From assembly GCA_964016885.1 (NCBI GenBank), contig OZ024748.1:8246001-8310000 (forward strand): DNA of 64,000 nt, in the 5' to 3' direction. Below the pieces are notes generated by a model. It had not been told where the DNA came from. It was given only the letters and a program-made list of their open reading frames with translations, and searched no databases. The DNA comes from Eledone cirrhosa. Taxonomy: Eukaryota. Each line of letters opens with the position of its first letter. Position 1 is the stretch's first letter. Below, one piece after another: positions 12,485 through 25,304 of the stretch. The position numbers were made by a program, and so were the translations under genes.

Positions 12485-13194
12485 TATCACAGCCCTTCTT
12501 TTCTTTTTGATTCCAAATTGGGGCAAAAGGATTTACTTCATTCTTTAGCATTATCATGTTATTTTCTTAGTTGTTTGGAGTTTGAAAATTGAATAAAATT
12601 ATAGAAAACACCTTGTGTTGTTAAAAATTACATTTATTCCTAGTTTTAGTGACATGTTGAGAATTAATCAACAATAAAATGAAAGAAAAGAAAGCACTGG
12701 CTGGTGAATCTAGGAAAAAGATTGAAAATTTTATAATGTAGCAATTTCAGTTTTGGATTTAGCTAGATGACAAGGTGTGATATTTAGAATAATTTCTTTT
12801 TCTTCACTAACAAATGAGTTTAGAATTATGAAATTAGGTTCAGTATTAACAGAAATAATATTACTTTCTTGATAATGACATTAATAAAAGCAACAAATGA
12901 TATTACTTTCCTGATAATGACATTAATAAATGTAACAAATAACATTTCATTTTGACTACATTTTATTTTGTATCAACACTTTATTATTATTTTTTTTTGT
13001 TAATATATATTGACTTGTTTCTGCTATGCTTGTTATTACTGATGGGAGTTTACTAGCCTTGTAAATAACAGGAAGCAAATCATAAAACACTTGATGCGTT
13101 TTTGGTTTTTTTAACAGGAATTTTCTAACACAAGCTAAGAAATGCTAAAAAAAAAGTTTCATCGATATGTAGTTTTGTTTTAAAATATGTTGTT

Positions 13195-13520
13195 CCATGC
13201 ATTTACTGCACTATTACATATATACACATGCATTTACTACATTACTGCATATATATACACACAGACATTTGTTACATTACTGCATATATATACACACATA
13301 CATTTGTTACATTACTGCATATATATACACACATACATTTGTTACATTACTGCATATACACACATGAATTTACTACATATATATATACATGCATTTACTA
13401 CACCACTACATATATATACACATGCATTTACTACACCACTACATATATATACACATGCATTTACTACACCACTACATATATACACATGAATTTACTGCAC
13501 CACTACATATATATATATAT
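13195..13520. repeat. ~33-35 bp minisatellite (atttactacaccactacatatatatacacatgc)
   Basis: about 9 degenerate tandem copies. Confidence 0.9.
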
Positions 13521-15704
13521 ACACACATTTTTCGGTAATTTATTTTGTTTTAAATAAATACTTCTTGTTTCATATTTACTTGAGCTATTATCTCTCAAAC
13601 TTTCATACTTGAATCATCTTCTAAATATTCTTTTCAACAATAACTTTCTCTGAATCTATCTTCATATATTTATTTTTTCCACTTCCAAATTATTGTTCTA
13701 AATATAGATAAAAATTCAGTTGAAAAATGCAAGAATCTTTAAATATGGTTTATGTATGTGTTATATGTGTATGTATTTGTATGTACGGATGTATGTATGT
13801 ATGCATGTATATGTGCATGCATGTATGTATCTATGTATTGGTGTGTATATATATATATATATATATATCATCATCATCATACGTCCGCTTTTCCCTGCTT
13901 GCAAGGGTGGGACGGGAACTGATTCTGGCTTGATTTCTACAGCTGGATGCCCTTCCTAACACCAACCTCATTTACAGTGAGTGCTGGGTGCTTTTTTTGC
14001 CATGGCACCTCCACAACCACTTTGTAGTGGAATGATAGGGACCCCAGTCCCTATCATCTCATTTCTACAGCTGAGTAAACTGGAGCAATGTGAAATAAAG
14101 TGTCTTGCTCAAGGAAACAACACATCACATATATATATGGATGTGAGTGTGTATGTATGTAGAGATATGTGTGTGTGTGAATTGAAGGCTGGATAGATAT
14201 ATATGTCTGCCTGTATGCTTGCTTTCTCTTCTTGGTTGCAGTATATTTTGTCTGGCCACCTGCTCAATTGCAAAGTTGTAAAAAAAAAAAAAAGATTTTC
14301 TTTAGTGTCACATTTAAATTCTAAGGTTTTGCTGATTTTTATTATCCCAGAGAATCAATAGCCTACAAAATATGGAGTTCCATTGTTTCTCTAAGAAGTC
14401 AGATTCAGCCATATTTTGACCCTGTTTTTCCTACAATAATGGCTATAAAGTTAAAACTATATTTTGGGTACTGGGTTTGCTGACTTCTCATCAATGGTCT
14501 AGAGAAGTTGTCTTTCATCATCATCATCAACAGCATCATCATCATCATCATATGTTTATTTTCCTAGCTAACAAGTATTGGAGGGATTGCTGTCACTAAC
14601 TATGTCTCAGTACTTAATTGAAGCTATTGACCTCTCAAATGGGCTGGGAGCTGCGTTTTGCTTATATATGTATCTGCATAGGTGTACTGGAAGAGGAGGT
14701 AGGTCACTGTGGCACCATCACAACTGTAGAATCTTCTCTGGCAATTATTCCTCAGCTGGGCAGTCTTCCTACCACTGGCAACAATGTTTATTGAACAACT
14801 GACTTTCACGAGAGAATGTTTTTATTGTGTTATGAAACAATAGACTGGTTGTCTTCCAATTTGGTTGGTTTTTATTCTGACCTCTTCACTTGTGCTCCAT
14901 TATATCTATATATATATACATATACACACATATTGACCTGTGGTGAAGTTCATTCAGTTTACTCCTTTGAATTTAGCTAAAAACCTGCAGTTATCAGTGT
15001 TTAATGTGACATAATTCAACTAAATCTGAGATGTTTACTCAAAATGGCTGTTTTACTAAATAATTTATTATTCTTTTACTGCTTTCAATCATTATTTGAT
15101 CATGGGCATGCTAGGACACCACCTTAAAGGGATTTAATTGGTTTTTATTGATTTCTTTTTCTCGAACTGCTAAGTTACAGGGGACACACACACACACGAT
15201 GGGTATATGCAGTTTCTGTCTATCAAATCTTCACATAGTGCTAAGCAACAACAGTGAACCTGAAACCAGCTGGTTGTGAAGCAATAGTCATGACAGAGCC
15301 TATGAGGGAACAATCTTATGAAAATTTATATATGGTACTTTGTCCCTGTGTAAACATGGGGGGGGGGGGGGGGTAGTTAGTATTTTATATTAATATATCC
15401 TTCTTAAGTGGGTGTTTAAGAATGAATCAAAGCTTATTTGTTGAAACATTCAATATTCTATGAAAGAGTTTCATAAGATTAGAGAAAAAGACAGCTTTAT
15501 GACTGCTTATATAGTGAAGTATTGCATTTCCTGCATATATTTCTAATTTACAACAAAATGTTATGAAATCAATATACCTTATTTAATCATTTGTAATTTT
15601 TATTTTTAGAATATATAAACTTGATAAATAAATAAATTGATATTTTAAAAAATATTTCAAATTTGATATTTTCATAAATTAGTGTAAATATGATATTGTC
15701 ATAG

Positions 15705-15768
<64 letters not shown>

Positions 15769-16019
15769 CCTCCATACCTCTATCTTCGTTGAGCCTCTCA
15801 GTTTCTGCGATGATAAATGATGTCATATCTTGTTGAAACTTATTAGCATATTGAATGAAATTCAAATGCAATTTGAATTCGAAGTTTTGAGAGTAAAATA
15901 AATTTGTTAAATAAAATATAAATAAAATGTTGGTAAATAGAGGAGATGAGTCATAAGTAAAGGGTGTAAGGAGATAGAGCTGAGGAATGAGTTGTGTGTA
16001 GGGGTGGTTAAGGTCCATC

Positions 16020-16170
16020 ATTAGTTGGGGGGGGGTTGTGTGGAAGTGGTATGGTCTGTCATTAGTTGAGGGGGGGGGGTCAGTGATTGTGTAGGGATGG
16101 TATGGTCTGTCATTAGTTAGGGGGGGGGGGGTTGTGTAGAGGTGGTATGGTCTGTCATTAGTTAGGGTGG
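16020..16170. repeat. G-run-containing tandem repeat (ggtatggtctgtcattagtt-Gn)
   Basis: 3-4 copies of ~50 bp carrying G9-G12 runs. Confidence 0.85.
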
Positions 16171-16372
16171 TGGGGAGATACAGCAGCAAGCGACATTTAA
16201 GTAAATTAAATTTATTATCAGTAAGCAGTGTGTGTCTAACAGACAAATATTGTTGTGAATTATTATATTATATTATGTTCGTTAACAGGATGTAGTATCA
16301 CTTTTTTTAGAGTCTAGTACTGTATCATCATCATCACTATATATATTTGTGAATCATTATACACATGCACTA

Positions 16373-16403
<31 letters not shown>

Positions 16404-17075
16404 GTGTGTTGCACACATATACATAATCAGTGGTTAGAAGGGAAAAGAGTTTTGCTGTCTATATGTGTATACCTGAAATTTTGGAGAATACATATAATTA
16501 ACAATAAATTTTCCTTGTGCATAAACATAGTTTAAAATTTAAATCTTGAGTTTTTTTCTCTCCTTAAATTTTGACAGCTAATCTAAATTTTTTTTTGTTT
16601 TTATGGTTTTATTTAATTTTATTAGAATGAAATAAAGCATAAATTTGCTTTGACTATTTTCTCTCGCTTTTAATACATACGATAGTAATGATAAATATAT
16701 ATTTTGGCAGCAAGATTTAACCACTCTTTTACTGCCGTGTAAATTGTCTCATTGCTATTTGTTTGGTAGATTCTCTGTTCTGTTCTCATTTACTGGCCAC
16801 CATCTGATAAAACACCATTATCCTAGTTTCATCAGTTTTTGATACCAATTAAGGTGTGCTAGTGGCCACCATCTCATAATGACATACCTTCCTAGTGTCA
16901 CCAGTTTTTAGTACCTGTTGATATCAATTAAGGTACTAGTGTCCTCCTAGTGAATATGTTCTAGTTTATCTCTTTAATTCCTATGGGTGACCCTCAGCCA
17001 ATCCTCTGCGAAACAAGCATAACAGAATAAAAATCTAATACATGTAAACCAAACTTCATTATTTTTTAAATTAAA

Positions 17076-17187
17076 AAATCCCGCCGAGGTTGACTTTGCC
17101 TTTCATCCTTGCGGGGTCGATAAAATAAAGTACCAGTAATGCACTGGGATAATTGCTGGCCTTGTGCCTAAAGTAGAAACAATTATT
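17076..17187 (+). mobile_element. tRNA-derived SINE (Octopus-SINE-like), 5'-truncated
   Basis: aaatcccgccgaggttgactttgcctttcatccttgcggggtcgataaaataaagtaccag..gtagaaacaattatt. Confidence 0.9.
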
Positions 17188-17252
17188 TTTTAAATTATAT
17201 ATATATATACACACACACACACTCACACACACACACATATATATATATATAC

Positions 17253-17291
<39 letters not shown>

Positions 17292-17292
17292 G

Positions 17293-17482
17293 TAATTGTT
17301 TCTACTTTTGGCACAAGGCCAGCAATTGCCCAATGTATTACTGGTACTTTATTTTATCGACCCCGAAAGGATGAAAGGCAAAGTTAACCTCGGTGGGATT
17401 TGAACTCAGAATGGCAAGGACCGTAACTCTATGCGTCAAAGCATGGCGTCCGACCCTCTACCGATACTGCCAATCCTCTGCC
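17293..17482 (-). mobile_element. tRNA-derived SINE (Octopus-SINE-like), full length
   Basis: A-box-like tggcagtatcggtag and B-box gagttcaaatcc on minus strand; same body and tail as other copies. Confidence 0.92.
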
Positions 17483-17863
17483 CTATATATATATATATAG
17501 TAATAATAATAAATTTGAAGACTAAAATCCAAAGAGGGCTCGATAAGGATAAATCTATATCAAATATATATATATATAAATATATATAAGAGAGAGTGAA
17601 TGATATCTGGCAACACACTGTGGGGTGCATCAGTCTTTCCATCATACTGGCAATTATATATATATATATATATACGACATATAAAATCTATTCATTTAAA
17701 AATATCAATAGATATATAAATATTATCACACTTTTCATCTGTGTACTACTATGGATGTTGTGTTCTCATTGTTAACCAGAGAAATAATGAACAGATTATA
17801 TATATATATTTAATCTGTTCATACCAGTAAGGAAAAACACATTTAATGATAATGAAGATAAAC

Positions 17864-17909
<46 letters not shown>

Positions 17910-18692
17910 ATGTTTATGTATGTGTGTGTGTGTGTGTGTTTATCTGTATATCCCATCCATACTAACAATGAAAAACACACATGATGTTGATATATATATA
18001 CACACACACACACACATACATATATACCCTCACTATTTTATATTCTATTCTGTTTAATTGTTGCTATTAAATGAGATGTAGATACAGAAATATTTTTCCA
18101 TTGAAAATAGCCAGGCTACCATATTATTATGTAAGGTTAATTACACTGTACACTAACAACCCAGGGGTCTGTATTCAGAGGTGAGATATAAACAAAATTA
18201 TTTGTTTAAAAATGCTAGCTTTATTTTAAAGTGTCTTAAAATATCTAACCTGGAGATCTCACTTGATTCACTGTATTCAACCATACAAAAGAATACAAAT
18301 TATATATATAGTGATGTGTCTATGATATATATATGTATATATGTATATATACATATATACATATATACATATATATATCATAGACACATCACTATTTCTG
18401 TAGTTGAGATTCTAAATGTAAGTGATCATAACAAAGTGTGATAATATAGTTTGTATATGGTCACTGTAACTGAAACATGATTTTTTTCCCCTCCAAGTAT
18501 AACAAATATGAATTTATAACAATATTGTGTTGTTTGGTTGAAAATTCTTAAGGAATTGTGATAAGCATCGTTTTCTTGTTGAAATAGTTCAACTAGTGAA
18601 GTATATTATTCAAAAAGTTTAGATCAAATCTATCAGAAGCATTGTGTTCTGCTTTTATTTAAATCACAACTAGACTTTTCTTCCGTATACTT

Positions 18693-18990
18693 ATCATCAT
18701 CATCAGTTTGATCATTTTTATGTCAGTTTTCCCATGCTTGCATGGGTTTGGATGGGTTGTTTTCAACACAGTATCTCTTCACTTGTCGCATTCCTTTGTC
18801 ATTTCTTCTGTGAGCTTCAGTGGTTTGAGTTTCTTCTCTCAACACCTCTGCTCAGGTCTCTTTTTTTTTTTGGTCTTCTTCCTCTACTATGGCTTCCTTC
18901 CACTGGGATTTCCTGGCACTTTTTCATCCAGCATTCATCATTCATGCACTGCACATGTCCATACCAGCACAATCTACTCTCTTACACACT
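18693..18990 (-). mobile_element. RTE-clade LINE 3' fragment with (GAT)n tail
   Basis: minus strand encodes SRLCWYGHVQCMNDECWMKKCQEIPVEGSHSRGRRPK (RTE C-terminal RLRWxGHV..GxRxRGRP motif); tail catgcaagcatggg..gatgatgat is shared with SINE tails at 7790, 13868, 36830, 37144, 51930. Confidence 0.85.
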
Positions 18991-20076
18991 ACTGATTCCT
19001 CTTAATTAGTTGGTGTGGTCAATAGCTAGACATTTACTCTATCAGAGTGGACATGGGTCTAAGCACCAACGTTCATCCTTGGCTTCTATATCACAAATAT
19101 ATCATATTGTTTTCATAGCGTTGTCATATTGGCTTCATGTTTTTGTGGTGTTGTCATTGTATTTTCATGTTATGATGTTTTTGTTTTATTCCATAGTGTT
19201 ATGATATTTTGTTAATCTTAATATATTTGGGATGATAGATTACAGCTAAGATTTGCCAAAATGTTTTTAGTTTATTTAACTGCTGACAGGGCATATGTAA
19301 AATAACCCAAACAAACTATTATGTATTCTTACAACATTTTATTCCTCTTCCTTGAGCCCACAAACATAAAAAAGGAACTCTCATTATATTTGCACCTGCA
19401 TTAACTTACCTTACTGCTCTGGAGAGATGTATTCTCATTACATTAGGCTGATAAAATAGATGTTTTTTCTCTCTCATTGTCTTGCAAAATATATTCTTAA
19501 ATAATGAGAAATAAAATGTCCACTATTTGAGAAGAGTAATAACAGTGAATATGTAAATATTTATTTAGTGTCTCCACACCTGCTTATCCTTTGAAAGAGA
19601 CTGGAATTCTTTCCTTCACATACATGGTTGTCTAAATTACTAGATGAGTTTAAATAGAATATAAATAAATTGTGTTTAAGTTAGTTAGAACAATTCATAA
19701 AGTTGTGAAGAGTTTAACCCTTTCTTTACCATATAGATGAAGTGGTTATTTTTATTTATTCTGAGACCCAGCCGTGACTGGTCTCTTTTGTTCAGCAAAG
19801 AATGCTTGTGCAAAATGTTTGACATTCTTGGCAACCATGTTAGTCAAAGAGAACCTCAATATCTACATGTGCAGTCCTTGTTACAAATGCATATCAAGGG
19901 AATGGATTTAAAGCTGCAATCTGCACATAACACACACTCATACACTCACACAGGAACTATAATAATAAAGAGTTAAAGATGCACCTAATGTTATATATAT
20001 ATATATATGAACATTTTCATGTATATATAAAAACACATTAGGTACATCTCCAACTCTTTATTATTTTCCCTATATA

Positions 20077-20273
20077 GGGCTGTGGATTGGCTGTATCAGT
20101 AGAGCATTTGAACAAGGCATAGAGTTATGGCCATTTATGTTCTGAAGTTAGCTTTGCCTTTCATCCTTACGGGGTCAATAAAATAAAGTACCAGTAATGC
20201 ACTGGGGTTGATTTAATCAACCCTCCCGTTCCCTTCAAATTGCTGGCCTTGTGCCTAAATCAGAAACAATTAT
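20077..20273 (+). mobile_element. tRNA-derived SINE (Octopus-SINE-like), older subfamily
   Basis: conserved ctttgcctttcatccttacggggtcaataaaataaagtaccag core; extra ggggttgatttaatcaac segment; further degraded copies 11400-11530, 26375-26540(-), 59692-59805. Confidence 0.85.
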
Positions 20274-21806
20274 TTCCCCTATATAATGTGATTTGTATAG
20301 AATTCTTTCTGTTGAACTATTTAGTTAGGATTAATATTGAACTGGGAGATCTTGGATCAAAAGTTGATATCATACTTTCAGTGTTAAGTAAAGAAATTAT
20401 TTGTCCTCTTTAATATGACTTAGGGAACCTTTCCTCAAATCACTATTGTATACAACATATCAACAGCCTTTGGAATTTGGAGGTAATATCAAATAAAGTT
20501 CCTATTAACATTCAACTTGGTTACTAGATATTTGGGAAATAAATTGTAGCTATGACATCAGTTGTGGCATGTTGATTGTATTGATGTGGTACACTATATT
20601 ATTTCTATTTAACTGTTCTGAGGTTCACTTTCTGTTTAATCATTGTGTTATATTTTTAAACAGTTCCATTCATTTTTCTGTTCTACTGTTTGTTTGTAAT
20701 GTGCTTTTAGCTATCAATTAACTTCACCATCAGTCCCCATTCAAAGACACTGTAGAAATTATAGTTTCACATTAATTCTATCTCCAGTTATTTTGCTTTT
20801 ATAAATATTTCTATTTGTCTTTTGATCAGTGATTCCATTTTACTTAAATCTGCTACTATATTTGATAATGTTGCTATTTATGTTATTACAGTGTCAGTCA
20901 TGTTTCTGTTTTATCACCGTTTTCCTTAAACTAGTTGTGTACATGGTGATTCTTTATTTGTCAGAAAATGGCTTTAAGCTATATGAAACCTGTCAACAAA
21001 GAGACATTAAGAAAAAACAACTAAAACACCATCAAATGATAAATAAAGATACTGGAAAGCAAATGAATAAAAGGGAACATTTGTTTTTCTTAAAGAATTA
21101 TACTTTTGAGGGGGAAAAAAATGAAAAAAAGGATATGTTGCTTAAGCAACACAAACATATTCTTTTGAAAAGATGTTTTGTCTTTCTTTAAGAAGAAAAA
21201 TACTAAGTTGAAAGAAAAATGTTAATTCAATTATGTTTGAAAAAGTTAAGATATACTCAGAACATTGAATCAATGAAGAACAGAGTAGAAAGAGAAACAT
21301 GGATATATATATATATATTTTTTTTTTTGTTAAATTTTCATTTTGATAAAAAATTTTCCCTTTCGAAAGCATCTTCCATTTGGTGGAGAAAAGTATAGTT
21401 TTTACAATAGATTTAGTACCAACTGCCTCCAGTGATTTAGTTTTGTTTCTTTCAGTTATAATAAATTTTTAAAGATTGTCTGAAATTCAGTTGAAGAAGA
21501 AGAAAAAAAAATGCTAAATAAAGAATTTGGCAACTGTACACAATTTGTTTTTGATGCTGAGTTTTTAATGTTCTCTTATTTTGATAAAGTTTTCTGTGAA
21601 ATTAACTCATGTAAGGCTTTAGAGAAAAATGTTTGATTTACCTTAATTTCTTTCAGATACTTTAAATGAATATTTGGCCCTTTGAAATATCTAGACTGTT
21701 AACCTTATTATAGACACAATTTAGGTTTTCTTTTTCTTAGACCTTACTCATTCCTTAATTTCTATGACCTTACTCATTCCTTAAGTTCTATGACTTTACT
21801 CATTCC

Positions 21807-21978
21807 TTAACGCTTTAGCATTTAAACCGGCCATATCCGGCCAGTATTCTCTCCCCTCTTTCTGTTCGAACTGGTCATAATAGGTTGCTCATACTAATGT
21901 TAAGGTATTGTTCTCAAAATGAATAACATCAAAATCTCGTAGATTCAATATTATGTGAGATAATTATGTGAGGTAAAG
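21807..21978 (-). mobile_element. piggyBac-type MITE family A, one end lost, inside a 28-bp tandem repeat
   Basis: ttaa-cgctttagcatttaaaccggccatatccggccag..; flanked by atgaccttactcattccttaa units. Confidence 0.8.
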
Positions 21979-22107
21979 TTCCATGACCTTACTCATTCCT
22001 TAATGCTGTCAAAAAGATTGTTTTGTGTTATTTTCAAAATATGATCCATCAATACTATCCAATGATTATATGTGCTTGGTGTATTTGTAGTAATCTGATC
22101 AATAAAC

Positions 22108-22148
<41 letters not shown>

Positions 22149-22240
22149 TATATGTAGATATATATATATATATATATGTATATATATTTATATATGTATG
22201 TATATGTATATATATGTATATATATATATGTATATATATG

Positions 22241-22273
<33 letters not shown>

Positions 22274-22284
22274 GTATATATATG

Positions 22285-22315
<31 letters not shown>
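22108..22315. repeat. Compound (TA)n/(TG)n microsatellite
   Basis: direct; similar tracts at 15709-15764, 37195-37530, 40368-40408, 47775-47870. Confidence 0.98.
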
Positions 22316-23458
22316 TGGTAGAAATTTGTTGATGAAAAATAAAGAAAAACAGTGTTCAGTCTGTTGTAAAAGAGCTTATTTAGTGTAAACAAAGTTTCAT
22401 ACACTTAACATGTGCTATCATTGGTTTTGGGGTCCAGTTATGGCCACCACTGTATAATGGAGAAGACACTTTCCAACTGTCTTTGACAGCATTTAGCTGT
22501 TTTAACGGCTGTTCTAACAATGAGTTTTCTCATTGTTATATGTATATAAATAGAAGTTTTGTATCAGCAGCTTTGAACTTTCTAGTCTTATTTTATGAAA
22601 CTGTTCTCTTTTGAATTTAACAACACATCTTATGGTTTATATTTGTACAATTTTACCAAAGTTTTGTCTTTGATAAGATAAAACCACTGCTATTGAGGCT
22701 GTTTTATCTTTGCGTTAAGAAAGATTATTGTATATAGTTTAGATACATGTTCTTAAATTGTTCTACCCAAATTAGGTGTGTGGTTTTTTTGTGTTAAATA
22801 ACTATAACTATAGCTTTCTGAGGAAAGTTACCTTCATAATTATTAAATTTGGGATCTACTTATTGTGAGTAACTTGTCTTAAGGGCTCTGATAAGTTTGT
22901 TACAACCCAGAACTTTTGGCTAGTAATGTAAATTTATTCAATTTGCTTACTACTGGTCTTCGATAGAAAAGTGAATTTGCAAGGCAAATGTAATTTTGCC
23001 CCTAATGTATTATTTAATGAAAATATGAAATGCAAAATACATACTAATTAGTTTCTAATTATACTTGCAAATATTGTTGCTAATATTTGGAATAAAACAT
23101 CTATATGAAATTCTTAATTGTTGAAAACAAAAGAATTATTTTCTACAGTTCTGGATCTTATTTAAAGCAGTTATGCTTTGCTAATTTTGAACTAACCACA
23201 GTAGTTGAAATTTTAATAAGGAAGAGTCAAATAACATTTTAAATATTCACAAAATCTGGACTGCTTTTGAAATTTGTACTTGCACAATATTTAATCAATA
23301 TGTTTTAATTGATCTTCGCTTTTCTTCTCTTGATTGTTTTTGGACTAAAGTCTATTGTTTATTTATATGATCTATGGTTTTTAAGTTGATTTTTTATTAC
23401 ATATTTGAGGCAATGGCCAGGTAATGTGTATGTCTGATAGCTCATAAATAGTACACAT

Positions 23459-25304
23459 GTATGTCTGATGGTGTACTGTCATTGAAATAACTTATTAGAT
23501 AGGAGATGGCCAGGTAATCTGTATGTCTGATGGTGTACTGTCATTGAAATAACTTATTAGATAGGAGATGGCAAGGTAATCTGTATGTCTGATGGTGTAC
23601 TGTCATTGAAATAACTTATTAGATAGGAGATGGCCAGGTAATCTGTATGTCTGATGGTGTACTGTCATTGAAATAACTTATTAGATAGGAGATGGCAAGG
23701 TAATCTGTATGTCTGATGGTGTACTGTCATTGAAATAACTTATTAGATAGGAGATGGCCAGGTAATCTGTATGTCTGATGGTGTACTGTCATTGAAATAA
23801 CTTATTAGATAGGAGATGGCCAGGTAATCTGTATGTCTGATGGTGTACTGTCATTGAAATAACTTATTAGATAGGAGATGGCCAGGTAATCTGTATGTCT
23901 GATGGTGTACTGTCATTGAAATAACTTATTAGATAGGAGATGGCCAGGTAATCTGTATGTCTGATGGTGTACTGTCATTGAAATAACTTATTAGATAGGA
24001 GATGGCCAGGTAATCTGTATGTCTGATGGTGTACTGTCATTGAAATAACTTATTAGATAGGAGATGGCAAGGTAATCTGTATGTCTGATGGTGTACTGTC
24101 ATTGAAATAACTTATTAGATAGGAGATGGCAAGGTAATCTGAATGTCTGATGGTGTACTGTCATTGAAATAACTTATTAGATAGGAGATGGCCAGGTAAT
24201 CTGAATGTCTGATGGTGTACTGTCATTGAAATAACTTATTAGATAGGAGATGGCAAGGTAATCTGTATGTCTGATGGTGTACTGTCATTGAAATAACTTA
24301 TTAGATAGGAGATGGCAAGGTAATCTGAATGTCTGATGGTGTACTGTCATTGAAATAACTTATTAGATAGGAGATGGCCAGGTAATCTGAATGTCTGATG
24401 GTGTACTGTCATTGAAATAACTTATTAGATAGGAGATGGCCAGGTAATCTGAATGTCTGATGGTGTACTGTCATTGAAATAACTTATTAGATAGGAGATG
24501 GCCAGGTAATCTGAATGTCTGATGGTGTACTGTCATTGAAATAACTTATTAGATAGGAGATGGCAAGGTAATCTGTATGTCTGATGGTGTACTGTCATTG
24601 AAATAACTTATTAAATAGGAGATGGCAAGGTAATCTGTATGTCTGATGGTGTACTGTCATTGAAATAACTTATTAGATAGGAGATGGCAAGGTAATCTGT
24701 ATGTCTGATGGTGTACTGTCATTGAAATAACTTATTAGATAGGAGATGGCCAGGTAATCTGTATGTCTGATGGTGTACTGTCATTGAAATAACTTATTAG
24801 ATAGGAGATGGCCAGGTAATCTGTATGTCTGATGGTGTACTGTTATTGAAATAACTTATTAAATAGGAGATGGCCAGGTAATCTGTATGTCTGATGGTGT
24901 ACTGTTATTGAAATAACTTATTAAATAGGAGATGGCCAGGTAATCTGAATGTCTGATGGTGTACTGTTATTGAAATAACTTATTAAATAGGAGATGGCCA
25001 GGTAATCTGTATGTCTGATGGTGTACTGTTATTGAAATAACTTATTAAATAGGAGATGGCCAGGTAATCTGAATGTCTGATGGTGTACTGTTATTGAAAT
25101 AACTTATTAAATAGGAGATGGCCAGGTAATCTGTATGTCTGATGGTGTACTGTTATTGAAATAACTTATTAGATAGGAGATGGCCAGGTAATCTGTATGT
25201 CTGATGGTGTACTGTTATTGAAATAACTTATTAAATAGGAGATGGCCAGGTAATCTGTATGTCTGATGGTGTACTGTTATTGAAATAACTTATTAAATAG
25301 GAGA
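23459..25304. repeat. 62-bp tandem array, ~30 near-identical copies
   Basis: unit gtatgtctgatggtgtactgtcattgaaataacttattagataggagatggc(c/a)aggtaatct; period 62 (23521 to 23583); no spacers. Confidence 0.99.

Noticed and set aside
15587-16246. 219-aa minus-strand ORF
   Set aside because: Runs through (TA)n and C-run tandem repeats; only a short non-repetitive part, with no recognisable domain
17293-17482. tRNA gene
   Set aside because: A/B boxes belong to a multi-copy SINE head; no cloverleaf; other copies carry TSDs
19410-19447. 38-nt minus-strand segment with AG and GTAAGT boundaries
   Set aside because: Isolated; expected by chance in 64 kb without transcript support
23459-25304. CRISPR array
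   Set aside because: Units are contiguous and near-identical with no spacers
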